Source: an uncultured virus (IMG/VR IMGVR_UViG_3300009008_000008)
Taxonomy: Duplodnaviria > Heunggongvirae > Uroviricota > Caudoviricetes
Length of the DNA stretch: 64,000 nt
IMG/VR virus record: IMGVR_UViG_3300009008_000008
Coordinates: 1 to 64,000 of that record
Strand: one strand, 5' to 3'
This document shows positions 38,578 to 47,741 of the stretch, one piece after another. Below the pieces are notes generated by a model. It saw nothing but the letters and a program-made list of their open reading frames with translations, was not told the origin of the DNA and did no database searches. Positions within the stretch are counted from its first letter, which is position 1; every line of letters starts with the position of its first letter. The position numbers were made by a program, and so were the translations under genes.

Positions 38578-38834
38578 TAGGTAAGTCTCAACAAAGGATG
38601 TTGGCTAGCTTTCATACGATGGATAACACCAAACTCCACGATATAGAGGAATCGTTCACCAGTATCAGGATCCTCCTTATAATCAATCTGGGAGTCTGGT
38701 TGGATGGGCACAATATTAACCGACTCACACCCATGGCAATTCACCATCAACAAAACCTCCGGGTCAGGGTCCTGCTGGTCAGCAAGAGCTTTTTGGGCGG
38801 CCTGTAGTGCCCCAATCATCTCAGATAATTTCAT
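38577..38834 (-). CDS. hypothetical protein
   Basis: TAATG couplings. Confidence 0.65.
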   Translation of the reverse strand: MKLSEMIGALQAAQKALADQQDPDPEVLLMVNCHGCESVNIVPIQPDSQIDYKEDPDTGERFLYIVEFGVIHRMKASQHPLLRLT

Positions 38835-39037
38835 TAGTTGGCCTCTGGTAATGGATATCTTGATATTAAAGCGTGGTCAGGTGCGGAACCAGGGGCTGTA
38901 CCAACGTCCCAGTTAGGACTGACGGACTCCACAGGTTCTGCAAAACCTTCGGCGTCATATCCCGCCCCATATACCTCTAGGTCTCCATGGTTGTCCAGAA
39001 TAATCTGAAGCTGGGCTATTAATCGGGACGCCTTCAT
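38834..39037 (-). CDS. hypothetical protein
   Basis: MKASRLIAQLQ...HGDLEV typical small phage protein. Confidence 0.65.
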   Translation of the reverse strand: MKASRLIAQLQIILDNHGDLEVYGAGYDAEGFAEPVESVSPNWDVGTAPGSAPDHALISRYPLPEAN

Positions 39038-39270
39038 CGAGTGGGCCCGTCCAAGATGTAGTCACCAGGGCATCCAAGCCGAGTGTTCCAACGCCTGACA
39101 GCTAGTTGCTGGCGTGTATCCTGGTTCTCGTGTTGTACGGCAGGACCCATAGCCTGACAATCTATATTCCGGCAAGCTACAAAAGCACATAGTGGGCCGT
39201 CCCTGAGACCATCATCTATCTCTGGGTCTGGGTCCCTGCAAAACACACATGGTTCAGGTTTTGTCATCAT
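39034..39270 (-). CDS. Lar-family zinc-ribbon protein
   Basis: PCVFC...C....C..GP...AVRRWNTR. Confidence 0.65.
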   Translation of the reverse strand: MMTKPEPCVFCRDPDPEIDDGLRDGPLCAFVACRNIDCQAMGPAVQHENQDTRQQLAVRRWNTRLGCPGDYILDGPTR

Positions 39271-39856
39271 GTTTCCCTCGTTTAATTGCCCGTCGTATAT
39301 CAGTTACAGCTGTCTGGATTTCCTGCCTGCCGTTTGGACGCATCAGGTAAGATGGATGGAACGTCGGCATCACAGGAATCGCCCTTGTTGGACCTGTAGA
39401 TACCCTAGGCTCGTATTTCTTCCATTGGCCTCGCACTTGCCCCATCTTGGCTCTCTGGCCTGTCAGGCGCTCGTAGGCGGACAATCCGAGGGTAACGATA
39501 ACCCTAGGTCGGATGATCGACAATTGTTGGTCCAAAAAGTGGGCACATGCCTCCGCTTCCTCCGTCTTGGGTACCCTGTTGTTTGGGGGCCTGCATTTCA
39601 GGACGTTAGCCACAAACACCGCGTTACGGTGGAGACTAGACTCATCCAACATACGGCTTAGCATCTTACCCGCTCTGCCAACAAAAGGTAAACCAGTTTC
39701 GTCTTCGTCGGCCCCAGGTGCCTCGCCCAAAAAGAACAGACGGGCTCCTGGGTACCCAATACCCGGAACAACCAGGGTCCGTGTAAGACCTAGTTCACAG
39801 ACCTTACACCCGGCAATCTGGCGGTTTAGCTGATGGAGTTGTTGGCTGCGGCTCAT
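39254..39856 (-). CDS. uracil-DNA glycosylase, family 4
   Basis: CKVC, GEAPG.DED..G.PFVG, NVLKCRPPNNR, FHPSY. Confidence 0.95.
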   Translation of the reverse strand: MSRSQQLHQLNRQIAGCKVCELGLTRTLVVPGIGYPGARLFFLGEAPGADEDETGLPFVGRAGKMLSRMLDESSLHRNAVFVANVLKCRPPNNRVPKTEEAEACAHFLDQQLSIIRPRVIVTLGLSAYERLTGQRAKMGQVRGQWKKYEPRVSTGPTRAIPVMPTFHPSYLMRPNGRQEIQTAVTDIRRAIKRGKHDDKT

Positions 39857-40110
39857 TGTTGTGGCCGGAAGTAAGGTCCCTTTGGATCATGCTTGACGAA
39901 GAAACGGTGGGCTCTGCAGATCATAACCTTGGCCCGCTTCTTGCCTTTTTTCTTCTGGCTGAGGCAGTACATAGGAGCCTCAGACTCAGTGAGGTTGTCA
40001 GAAGCAGTAGTCTGGATCTGCGGTTCAAGTTTGGTGCCGACGGCAAGCATACAGCTTGCAAAGTGAGCACAGGTATCTCGTTCACAAATGTGGTTATAAT
40101 GGTTGGTCAT
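39853..40110 (-). CDS. small Cys-rich hypothetical protein
   Basis: AAGGA SD; ATGA overlap. Confidence 0.6.
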   Translation of the reverse strand: MTNHYNHICERDTCAHFASCMLAVGTKLEPQIQTTASDNLTESEAPMYCLSQKKKGKKRAKVMICRAHRFFVKHDPKGPYFRPQQ

Positions 40111-40129
40111 CTGTTAATCCTTTTGATGG

Positions 40130-40693
40130 TTACCATAAAAGTGTGATGCCCCTGATTTCGCTGAGTACCAAACTCAGGCTTATGTTCTCTGATTCGATGT
40201 GGCTTTCCCACCAACAGTACTTACAGGGGCAATCCTTGACATGATGGCGCCCGGTTTGCATCAAGTGGGTGGTTTTTTCATGACGGATCCATTGCAGGAT
40301 CCTCTTCTTGGTCTGCTTCTCCGTCAACTCTGGACCGTCGTCAGTATATCGCGAGTACAGAACCGGATAGAATTGGTACTCTGGATGTTCGCAATATTGT
40401 TCCTGGTGTACGATGGTACAAACACCATCGCCACAAAACTTGGTAACAGCTCTAGCAAGGTTGGCGGTATAGAGGGATTTACCTTCCTCCTCCATGTTTG
40501 GAAACACGGTGTTAAACAGGATCTTGCCCAGGCTTTTGGATTTACCGGTTTCCCTTACATGTAGAAGGACAGGCAGGATAAACATACCATCTGGGTCACA
40601 AGGACCTTCCGCTGTAAGAGAAAACCAATTACCTTTACCTAGCATGAAAGCTTGCTTGGTGTCGGTATTCAAAAGTACAAATTCAACGCCCAT
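40130..40693 (-). CDS. hypothetical protein
   Basis: GAGGTG SD. Confidence 0.65.
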   Translation of the reverse strand: MGVEFVLLNTDTKQAFMLGKGNWFSLTAEGPCDPDGMFILPVLLHVRETGKSKSLGKILFNTVFPNMEEEGKSLYTANLARAVTKFCGDGVCTIVHQEQYCEHPEYQFYPVLYSRYTDDGPELTEKQTKKRILQWIRHEKTTHLMQTGRHHVKDCPCKYCWWESHIESENISLSLVLSEIRGITLLW

Positions 40694-40745
40694 AACATCA
40701 CCTCACATTGGATGGTCGTTATACCGATCCATCAGGACCCAGGCA

Positions 40746-41498
40746 TCACCGACCATTATAAAAGCCGCTACGAGCATGAACGTCCCAAACACGAGCATGC
40801 AGAGTGGGATTGCCAACAAAAGTTCCTGAAAAGAAGTCGTATGTCGTATCACTCTCATTTTCAACACCCCTACATTTCATACACAGATGGACACCGGAGG
40901 TTACGGCCATCACACCATCCACTTTAATAGCCTTGCGGTGGTCCACAGGAAGCCCTACCTGCCCTCCGATAACCTGGTCTTGCATAACCGTAACAAGATC
41001 CTTGCAATACTGTTCCTGTATCACAGGACGCCGTGCCAACAGCTCTGCGATGCGGGTAAGTTTGGACAAGCCAATAACCCGAGCACCATCCCCTGACAAG
41101 TAGGCATAGGTGACCTTGTATAGGACGGGAAGGAAGTGGTGGGGGCATAGGCCGTGAGCTGGAATCGGTGACTGGATAGTCAACCCACCCATAGCGTAAG
41201 GCCCTTTAACAGGGCGTGTTTCTGTTAAACCACCCATTGGTGGGCCTGTAACCACTTCCTTGGGAATACCAGAAACCGGGAACGTCCTGATCAAAAGACC
41301 AGACACCTCCCCAAGGATACGTTCGACGGGTAACGCCATCTCAGACATCAAAGCCTTGGACGCCCGCTCCCCACTTCCTTCGAGATTGGATCGGTCATCC
41401 TCAGTAAAGCAGCAATGCTGTCGGAAGTACTCAGCAATAACGTTGTAGGCTTCGACAACCTTTTTCTGGTCGGCGTTAGGGGTAAATTCAATAGGCAT
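40746..41498 (-). CDS. folE: GTP cyclohydrolase I
   Basis: LCPHHFLP, IGLSKL.R, RRPVIQE, HLCMKCRGV. Confidence 0.9.
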   Translation of the reverse strand: MPIEFTPNADQKKVVEAYNVIAEYFRQHCCFTEDDRSNLEGSGERASKALMSEMALPVERILGEVSGLLIRTFPVSGIPKEVVTGPPMGGLTETRPVKGPYAMGGLTIQSPIPAHGLCPHHFLPVLYKVTYAYLSGDGARVIGLSKLTRIAELLARRPVIQEQYCKDLVTVMQDQVIGGQVGLPVDHRKAIKVDGVMAVTSGVHLCMKCRGVENESDTTYDFFSGTFVGNPTLHARVWDVHARSGFYNGR

Positions 41499-41506
41499 TT
41501 CGGCTC

Positions 41507-41938
41507 CTAATCAAGAAAACGTGTTACAGTGGATGGGACCTCGGCAGCGGTCACAAGTACGGCAGAGTCTCCAAAAGTGAAGATGCGCACCATAGGCAAG
41601 CGGCACCGCAACTCCGCTTGCTGGTGTTTCATTAATCTAGCTGGTGTTTGTTGGTAAAACTGTTCACGGTACGCCAAAAGATATGAGGCTTCCATGCGGT
41701 ACTTAGGGCCCACCCTCAAAACGTATCCCACATGGTGACCGACATCCACCATTAAACGCAGGTCATACACATGTAGTATTCCAATCCGTAGGTCTTTGTT
41801 CCTCACTGCTACCAACGTATTGGACATATGTACCTTCTTGGTCAGGAACGTGAAGTGTTTGGGCATACCCGGTATCGGGTTAAATGTATGAAGCAAGAAG
41901 TGCGTCAGGTCGCTCGCATGAAGTTCCAGATGACCCAT
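41507..41938 (-). CDS. hypothetical protein
   Basis: fills the operon between clamp and folE. Confidence 0.65.
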   Translation of the reverse strand: MGHLELHASDLTHFLLHTFNPIPGMPKHFTFLTKKVHMSNTLVAVRNKDLRIGILHVYDLRLMVDVGHHVGYVLRVGPKYRMEASYLLAYREQFYQQTPARLMKHQQAELRCRLPMVRIFTFGDSAVLVTAAEVPSTVTRFLD

Positions 41939-41939
41939 A

Positions 41940-43118
41940 TCACTTGGAAACCGCGGGTAACAGGTAACAAGCGTATAACGTGTGCCCTTCCCCTGTCGGT
42001 ACCTCAGTAGACAACACCCAAGGGATGGTGTTCCCTGTTGAGTCTTCCTTGAGATGGAAATTAATCTCTATCAGCTGGTTCGGGACCAACGACAGCATGT
42101 CACGTAGAGTATAAGGATCCAATGCAAACACCATCCCCTTGTCACCAGTCTGGGCCTTTACCTGGCGTTTGTCCTGTGCTTTACCATAATTCGTTTCGAT
42201 GGCAAAGGTAACGTGGCCCTTGGCCTCAAACTTAACGGTCACAGGCACACCGCGCTCAAAGATGGCATCAAAATTACCGATGATTGTTTGGAAATCGGAG
42301 GAGTTGATCTCCAATGACGCAAAGGGCGTGCCCTCCAATTGTTTGGATATGTGCTGAATGTTGGCAAAGGCAAAGGCAGCCTCAGTGGACAAGGCCTCTG
42401 TGGAGAACTGAAAGGTTTTACCTGAGGCGTAGACATGGGCAACCCCCAGCCTCAGCATGTACTTGGTACCTTGTGCAAGGGCTTCAATAGTATTCATGGT
42501 TTGCTGGGCAAGGGTAAACTCCAGCTTGTCCTCCACCGTGGCATCATGGTTGCTGTGGAAGGCAATGTGATAAGCATCACCACAAGCAACGAACGTCCCG
42601 GCGGCTCCCATGTGAGCAGACACTGACAAAACAGTGTCGTCCTTTGCATGTTGAGGTGTCAAGGACACCGCTTTTAAAACCCGTTCCATCGAGGACTCTT
42701 CCGACTGGTCGTCGTTCATGTAGAAAAACGGACCTTCAGTAGGCACCTCGAAAGATAACTTCTCGAAAGGCAGTACCACGACGTACCCAGTGTACCGAGA
42801 GGACTTGGATTGTGGGGCCCTGAAAAATAACTTTTCTGCTGAGTTGGCCGGGTCATGCTTGAGTAGCAGTTGCTTGCGCCCCTTCAACAACTTTTGGAGG
42901 ATCTCAATGCGAACGATGAATCTTCCCCTACTATACTCCTCAATCTTGGCATCCGGAAGGTAACAAGCAAGGACCGTTCCCTCCCCGGAACCACCAAAAC
43001 ACAACTTCATTTTGTCCTTACGCTTTTCGATAAACACCCGCACGTCTTCGGTCTTGGCGTAGTCCACTATCTGTTTGAGGACCGCCAGCACCTCTTTACA
43101 ATCGATTTGTACCCTCAT
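41940..43118 (-). CDS. DNA polymerase III beta-like sliding clamp
   Basis: 392 aa, three-domain periodicity; VACGDAYHIA (cf. VATDGHRLA), ALDPYTLRDML (cf. FNxxYLxDAL). Confidence 0.6.
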   Translation of the reverse strand: MRVQIDCKEVLAVLKQIVDYAKTEDVRVFIEKRKDKMKLCFGGSGEGTVLACYLPDAKIEEYSRGRFIVRIEILQKLLKGRKQLLLKHDPANSAEKLFFRAPQSKSSRYTGYVVVLPFEKLSFEVPTEGPFFYMNDDQSEESSMERVLKAVSLTPQHAKDDTVLSVSAHMGAAGTFVACGDAYHIAFHSNHDATVEDKLEFTLAQQTMNTIEALAQGTKYMLRLGVAHVYASGKTFQFSTEALSTEAAFAFANIQHISKQLEGTPFASLEINSSDFQTIIGNFDAIFERGVPVTVKFEAKGHVTFAIETNYGKAQDKRQVKAQTGDKGMVFALDPYTLRDMLSLVPNQLIEINFHLKEDSTGNTIPWVLSTEVPTGEGHTLYACYLLPAVSK

Positions 43119-43840
43119 CCGTTTACTCCTCTGTTATGTCGTGCTGTCCTCTGTAGGTACCGTTGTAGGGCCCCAACAGCAGGAAAAGTTTGCCCACCAT
43201 TAGCCGCCATCCATCCATTGAATTTGGTCTCCAAGAATAACGTTTGAAGAACCAAAGACTGGTTCCTCAGCGTTATCAAAGGGACTTCCATCACCCTGTT
43301 TTGCTCCCTGGCTCCCGCTTTATTTACAAAATTGGGATCATAAGGACTCCAATAAAGTATATGCACACCCTTATACCACACCAGGTATAAACAAAGTGGT
43401 TTGTCTCCTGAAGACAGGATAAAATTAGACCGAGGGCCTAGGTAAAAAGCCGACAACAAACGACTTTGGGCAGGGAACCTGCTTATCAACGCTGCCACCG
43501 CGTCAGTGTAAGGAACACTGGTAGTATCCAGTTGGGCGAAACCCTCCAAGAATTCTGACAGGTGCTCGGTATTCCTGGTAAAAACGGAGTGGGCGGCGAG
43601 TATGTAACCACCTCTCTGTGGTATGTGTAAGTCCTGTGACCCTGAAGAGATGCAAAAGTCCACGGGTGAAGGGCCCGGTAATTCCCTGAGACCTTCCTTG
43701 TTTTTAACCGACCCGCCTACCATCGGTCGGCTAGGAGGGCCCTGAAGGTCAGTAAAGAATAATCGGTGGATCTCCAGTTTCCGGTCTTCCGTTACAACGT
43801 AGTCTTTTACCGGAAGGATCCAGTAACCAAGAGTTCTCAT
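43115..43840 (-). CDS. hypothetical protein, possibly a degenerate class-II glutamine amidotransferase fold
   Basis: coupled to queE; weak resemblance (AAHS...N, TD, DKPL, YWS); no N-terminal Cys. Confidence 0.45.
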   Translation of the reverse strand: MRTLGYWILPVKDYVVTEDRKLEIHRLFFTDLQGPPSRPMVGGSVKNKEGLRELPGPSPVDFCISSGSQDLHIPQRGGYILAAHSVFTRNTEHLSEFLEGFAQLDTTSVPYTDAVAALISRFPAQSRLLSAFYLGPRSNFILSSGDKPLCLYLVWYKGVHILYWSPYDPNFVNKAGAREQNRVMEVPLITLRNQSLVLQTLFLETKFNGWMAANGGQTFPAVGALQRYLQRTARHNRGVNG

Positions 43841-44613
43841 TAGTAGTACCCTAACAGTTTATGTTGTTGAGCAACCACCCGGATGTTATATCCTTGGTTC
43901 CAGTTCAGGATCATCTGGGTGATGCGTTGGAGTTCCTTAGTAGGAACAGGGCCCTTGGTGTTGTCAGCACAGGGCGTAAGGATGATTGGGTGTGACATAA
44001 AAGCGTGGTCTTGTAACAACCCACTGAAATGTTGTAATAACCAATCCAGGTCTTCTTGGTCTCGTACCACTGCCTTGGCATATACCTGGGGCATCTTCTC
44101 GATAACTTGGTAAAGGGCTGCCAGCACGTCGGCCCCCAATTCGACACCTGTATTTGGCGTCTTGATATCCAACGACACCTGATCAAAACAGTTAAAGGCT
44201 TGGCTGTCAATGATAGTACCGCTAGTCTCCAGGTTTGTTCGCAACCCTCGCCGTCGAAGTAAAGTCGAAAGGCGGGTTACTTGGGGGCGGTAGTGGAGAG
44301 GTTCGCCCCCTGTAATGGAAACCTCCACCACTTTACCTTTGACTATCTTTACCAATCGGTCCGCAAGCGAGGAGACCTCAGCCAAGGGGTGTTCTCCTAC
44401 TGCCCAACTATCCTTGGTATCACAAGTAGTGCAGCCTACAGCACATCCGGATACACGGATAAATAGCCTGGGTACCCCTATGTTTATACCCTCCCCCTCC
44501 AAAGTCTCCTGGATTTCCATCACAGGGAGAACATCGTCGGGCACCTCATGGATTCCCAGTTTCAAGAGGTTACACTTAAACTTGGGTACCACCACATTGA
44601 TCGGCTTAATCAT
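43840..44613 (-). CDS. queE: 7-carboxy-7-deazaguanine synthase-like radical SAM protein
   Basis: EIQETLEGEG...FIRVSGCAVGCTTCDT, ITGGEP, ETSG, QQHK. Confidence 0.85.
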   Translation of the reverse strand: MIKPINVVVPKFKCNLLKLGIHEVPDDVLPVMEIQETLEGEGINIGVPRLFIRVSGCAVGCTTCDTKDSWAVGEHPLAEVSSLADRLVKIVKGKVVEVSITGGEPLHYRPQVTRLSTLLRRRGLRTNLETSGTIIDSQAFNCFDQVSLDIKTPNTGVELGADVLAALYQVIEKMPQVYAKAVVRDQEDLDWLLQHFSGLLQDHAFMSHPIILTPCADNTKGPVPTKELQRITQMILNWNQGYNIRVVAQQHKLLGYY

Positions 44614-46682
44614 CCTTCGACTCCTTCATAAAATTCAGTGTTCAGCGGGAAGTGTTCGTCCAACCAAGGTTGTATCCGTTTGCCTTCCGCACGAATCATT
44701 GCCATTGTCTCTTCTACATTTACATTGTAGCCAATTTCATCGCGTTGACGTTCTAACGCCGACCGGATGTTGTGCAGGAGGTTTTTCTTGGTGTAATCCC
44801 ACTTTTGCATGGCGTCCCCGGAAGCCCCTATGTCAAAGTCTACCGCTAGCCCTACGTTAAACTGGAAATGAAACGTCTCTGCCACTTTCTGCTCAACGCC
44901 GACTGTAGTACACCACTCCAGCAATCGGAGGACCAAAGGAATATACCGATAGTTCACCTCCACTTCAACGCTGTCATGGACCATCATGGACGGGTAAAGG
45001 TTCGTTGGAACCCCTATCGACTGGAGTTCTTCCCCGTCAGGATCCAGCCCATATAAGTCCTGTAAGCTTTCCCACAGTTTTTCACTGTACAGGCGTGCAG
45101 CAAGGAATCCCAACTGGCTGGCGAATCCCTGAATAGGGCTGTTGGCCGCCCGTCGTTTCATGGCGGACACCAGACCAGGAACCTCTGTCATGTAAGCAAA
45201 CAGGTTTCGCTTGAACCCCAGAGGGTTGTAGGTGTACAAACGGTCGGCACTAAAATCGCATGTCCACTGGATCCAGTTGCCTGCCTTGAAAAACTTGGCA
45301 AAGAAACCGCCCTTCACCTTTTTCATCTCAGCTTCTGACTTTCCAGTGTCCCGAGCCAAAGACCTATCCGACTTACCATACATGGTCCCAAAGGTAATCA
45401 CCTTTGAATCCTGCCGTTGTTCCTTTGTCACCTTCTCTACAGGTGTGCCAGTAAAGAACTGGTAGTTAAGTTTGTGGGGGTCGCCCTTCTCTTTTAAGTC
45501 GTCTCTGTGCCGAGCGGTCGGTTGCTGGCGGAACCGCAGACGGAGGTTGTGCACAACCTTAAACATCATGGCCAGCACGGCATCCTTGCTGATGATACCC
45601 CAACAACGCACCTCATGAGCGGCATAATCAAGCTTAATAACCAAACAACCCACACGGGCAGTGAATGAACGTTTGATAAACTTGGCATCAGGACCGTGTT
45701 GGGGTGTTTGTTGGAGGCTTGGTTCTGAGCTATTACTGCGCCCTGTCACAACATCCTTAAATCCATACTGCGGACGTAACCTGTGGTCCACCTTCCCGTC
45801 ACGGGATTTACCAATCTTCTTGTAGAAGGCGTTGACATAGGATGTGAGCAACTTCTTGAGCTTGGACAAGGTGGTGAAGTCAGCCACCTCTGGATGTTCT
45901 TTGTACTTTTTCTGGAATGCGGCGTCTATTGAAGCGGCATCATCCTTACCTGTTGACAGAGGTTCCAGCCCCATCACCTGGATAAACAACATCTGTTTGT
46001 GGGCGGCTTTATTGGGATCAAATACCCAAGCCTGGGTGTTACCAAATATACCACCGCCTGGGGGAACCCCTTGTACTTCACACAACAATCGGTTGGCGGT
46101 CTGGACATGTTCTGACTCTCTCATCTGAGCCGCGAGTTCCTTCCGTTTGGCCAGCACTGGGGACCGTCGGCGGTCGCGGAGCAACAACAGGTATTCGATA
46201 TCCAGATGGGCTCCTGTTTGTTCCATGCCACTCATCACATGGACAGTATCCGACATCTGAGTAAGCAATAAGCGCCTATAAAACCTTCTGTAGTTGTGTT
46301 TACCTACCCGTTGGAGGGCCGCCCTTTCTTGCTGGAGTTCATGGACACGGAAGCAAGCTTGAGTATCCATTGCACAATAGTCTAATACCTCGTCAGACAG
46401 GTCTCTGTTGGCTATGTCTTGACGGTCATCTTTAGAAAACCTGGCGTCATAGTAAAAGGCGTTCCCATAGTAGGCCAATATTTGTGCCAACCCATAAGCT
46501 GGTGTACCGTACAGCATCAACACCTTCATGTTCTCGTCAAGGCAATTGTGAACCAAAACTGGTTTATCACTAATTTCATTACAAATAAATAGGTTGTGAT
46601 TATCCTGTACCGTAACATCACATACCATAGGTGGGGAGTCAACCACCTTTACCGACTTAACTCTTACAGTTCGGGTAACCAT
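44610..46682 (-). CDS. polA: family A DNA polymerase, C-terminal part, with N-terminal split-intein C fragment
   Basis: YCAMD, TGRSNSSEPSLQQ, LDYAAHEVR, RQDSKVITFGTMYG, NSPIQG, VHDS. Confidence 0.93.
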   Translation of the reverse strand: MVTRTVRVKSVKVVDSPPMVCDVTVQDNHNLFICNEISDKPVLVHNCLDENMKVLMLYGTPAYGLAQILAYYGNAFYYDARFSKDDRQDIANRDLSDEVLDYCAMDTQACFRVHELQQERAALQRVGKHNYRRFYRRLLLTQMSDTVHVMSGMEQTGAHLDIEYLLLLRDRRRSPVLAKRKELAAQMRESEHVQTANRLLCEVQGVPPGGGIFGNTQAWVFDPNKAAHKQMLFIQVMGLEPLSTGKDDAASIDAAFQKKYKEHPEVADFTTLSKLKKLLTSYVNAFYKKIGKSRDGKVDHRLRPQYGFKDVVTGRSNSSEPSLQQTPQHGPDAKFIKRSFTARVGCLVIKLDYAAHEVRCWGIISKDAVLAMMFKVVHNLRLRFRQQPTARHRDDLKEKGDPHKLNYQFFTGTPVEKVTKEQRQDSKVITFGTMYGKSDRSLARDTGKSEAEMKKVKGGFFAKFFKAGNWIQWTCDFSADRLYTYNPLGFKRNLFAYMTEVPGLVSAMKRRAANSPIQGFASQLGFLAARLYSEKLWESLQDLYGLDPDGEELQSIGVPTNLYPSMMVHDSVEVEVNYRYIPLVLRLLEWCTTVGVEQKVAETFHFQFNVGLAVDFDIGASGDAMQKWDYTKKNLLHNIRSALERQRDEIGYNVNVEETMAMIRAEGKRIQPWLDEHFPLNTEFYEGVEG
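46545..46682 (-). mobile_element. split intein C-terminal fragment (46 aa)
   Basis: MVTRTVRVKSV...VCDVTVQDNHNLF...VLVHN|C. Confidence 0.92.
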
Positions 46683-47741
46683 ATGAAGACCTCAGAAATA
46701 CGTATGTTAGTGGAGCGGCGAGTGTTTGACCAAAAAATAAAGTTAACTCAAAAATTTGTACGAGACATGTCACCAAAACTCTTAGGATATTGCCAAAAGG
46801 AAGCTCTGCGAATTTATGGAGGTAAATACCCACCCTGGTGGGCTATTCTCTATAAAGTTATTTACAAGGACCACTATCGGTGCCGGTGTGGGTCCGAAAA
46901 ACTAGCTTGGCAGGGTTGGGAAGGCGGTCTGGCGGAATACTGTTCCTGTAAATGTGCAGGGGCCTCTCCGGATGTTTTGAAAAAGAGGGAACATACTTGC
47001 CAACAAAAGTACGGTACTAAACATGTACAATCGGTACCTAGTATACGTGCTAAATTTAAACAGTCTATGGTACGAAACCAAGGAGTAGAATACACAGCCC
47101 AAAGCCCACGCTTAAAAAAGAAGATGCGTAAAACACTCAAAAAGAACCATGGAGTCGAAGAAACTTTCCATTCCATGGTTCTTTATGGTAAAGCAAAGGC
47201 CACCATGTTACAGAAATATGGTGCTGAGCATAACCAACAGGTCCCCCACCTGTTTGAACAACAACAAAGGTCAGGTTTTAAAATACGTACCATAAAAGTT
47301 AATGGGAAACGGTTTAGGGTACGTGGAGGGGAAGGTCATGCTATAAAATACCTTGTCCACGAACTTGGGTGTTCTATAGACGAAATTTACACGACGGCGG
47401 TACAAGGTAAGCCATCCATCCCTTGGTATGACAATAAAAACAAGTACCACATATATCACCCTGACATCTATGCCAAAGTTAAAGGGCGATGGTTTATTAT
47501 TGAAGTCAAAAGCACGTATACAGCGGGTATAACCACCAAGTCTGGGGCTGAGTTTTACCGGCTACGTATGAAGGCAAAGGGTGTGGAAGAGGCCGGTTAC
47601 AATTTCAGGACACTCCTTGTCCATTATGGACGGTCCCTCCCTCTTGACTACCGTCCACTTGTTATTAAAGACATACACCAAAAGACCAGAAAACAGGTTA
47701 GGTCTGAAGTAAAACTTCATCGTCAGAGGTTAGGTTCTTAG
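46683..47741 (+). mobile_element. free-standing putative homing endonuclease, PD-(D/E)xK (TnsA-like) C-domain
   Basis: KYG repeats; YHPDIY...IIEVKS; visibly AT-richer; lone + gene inside a - strand operon. Confidence 0.8.
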
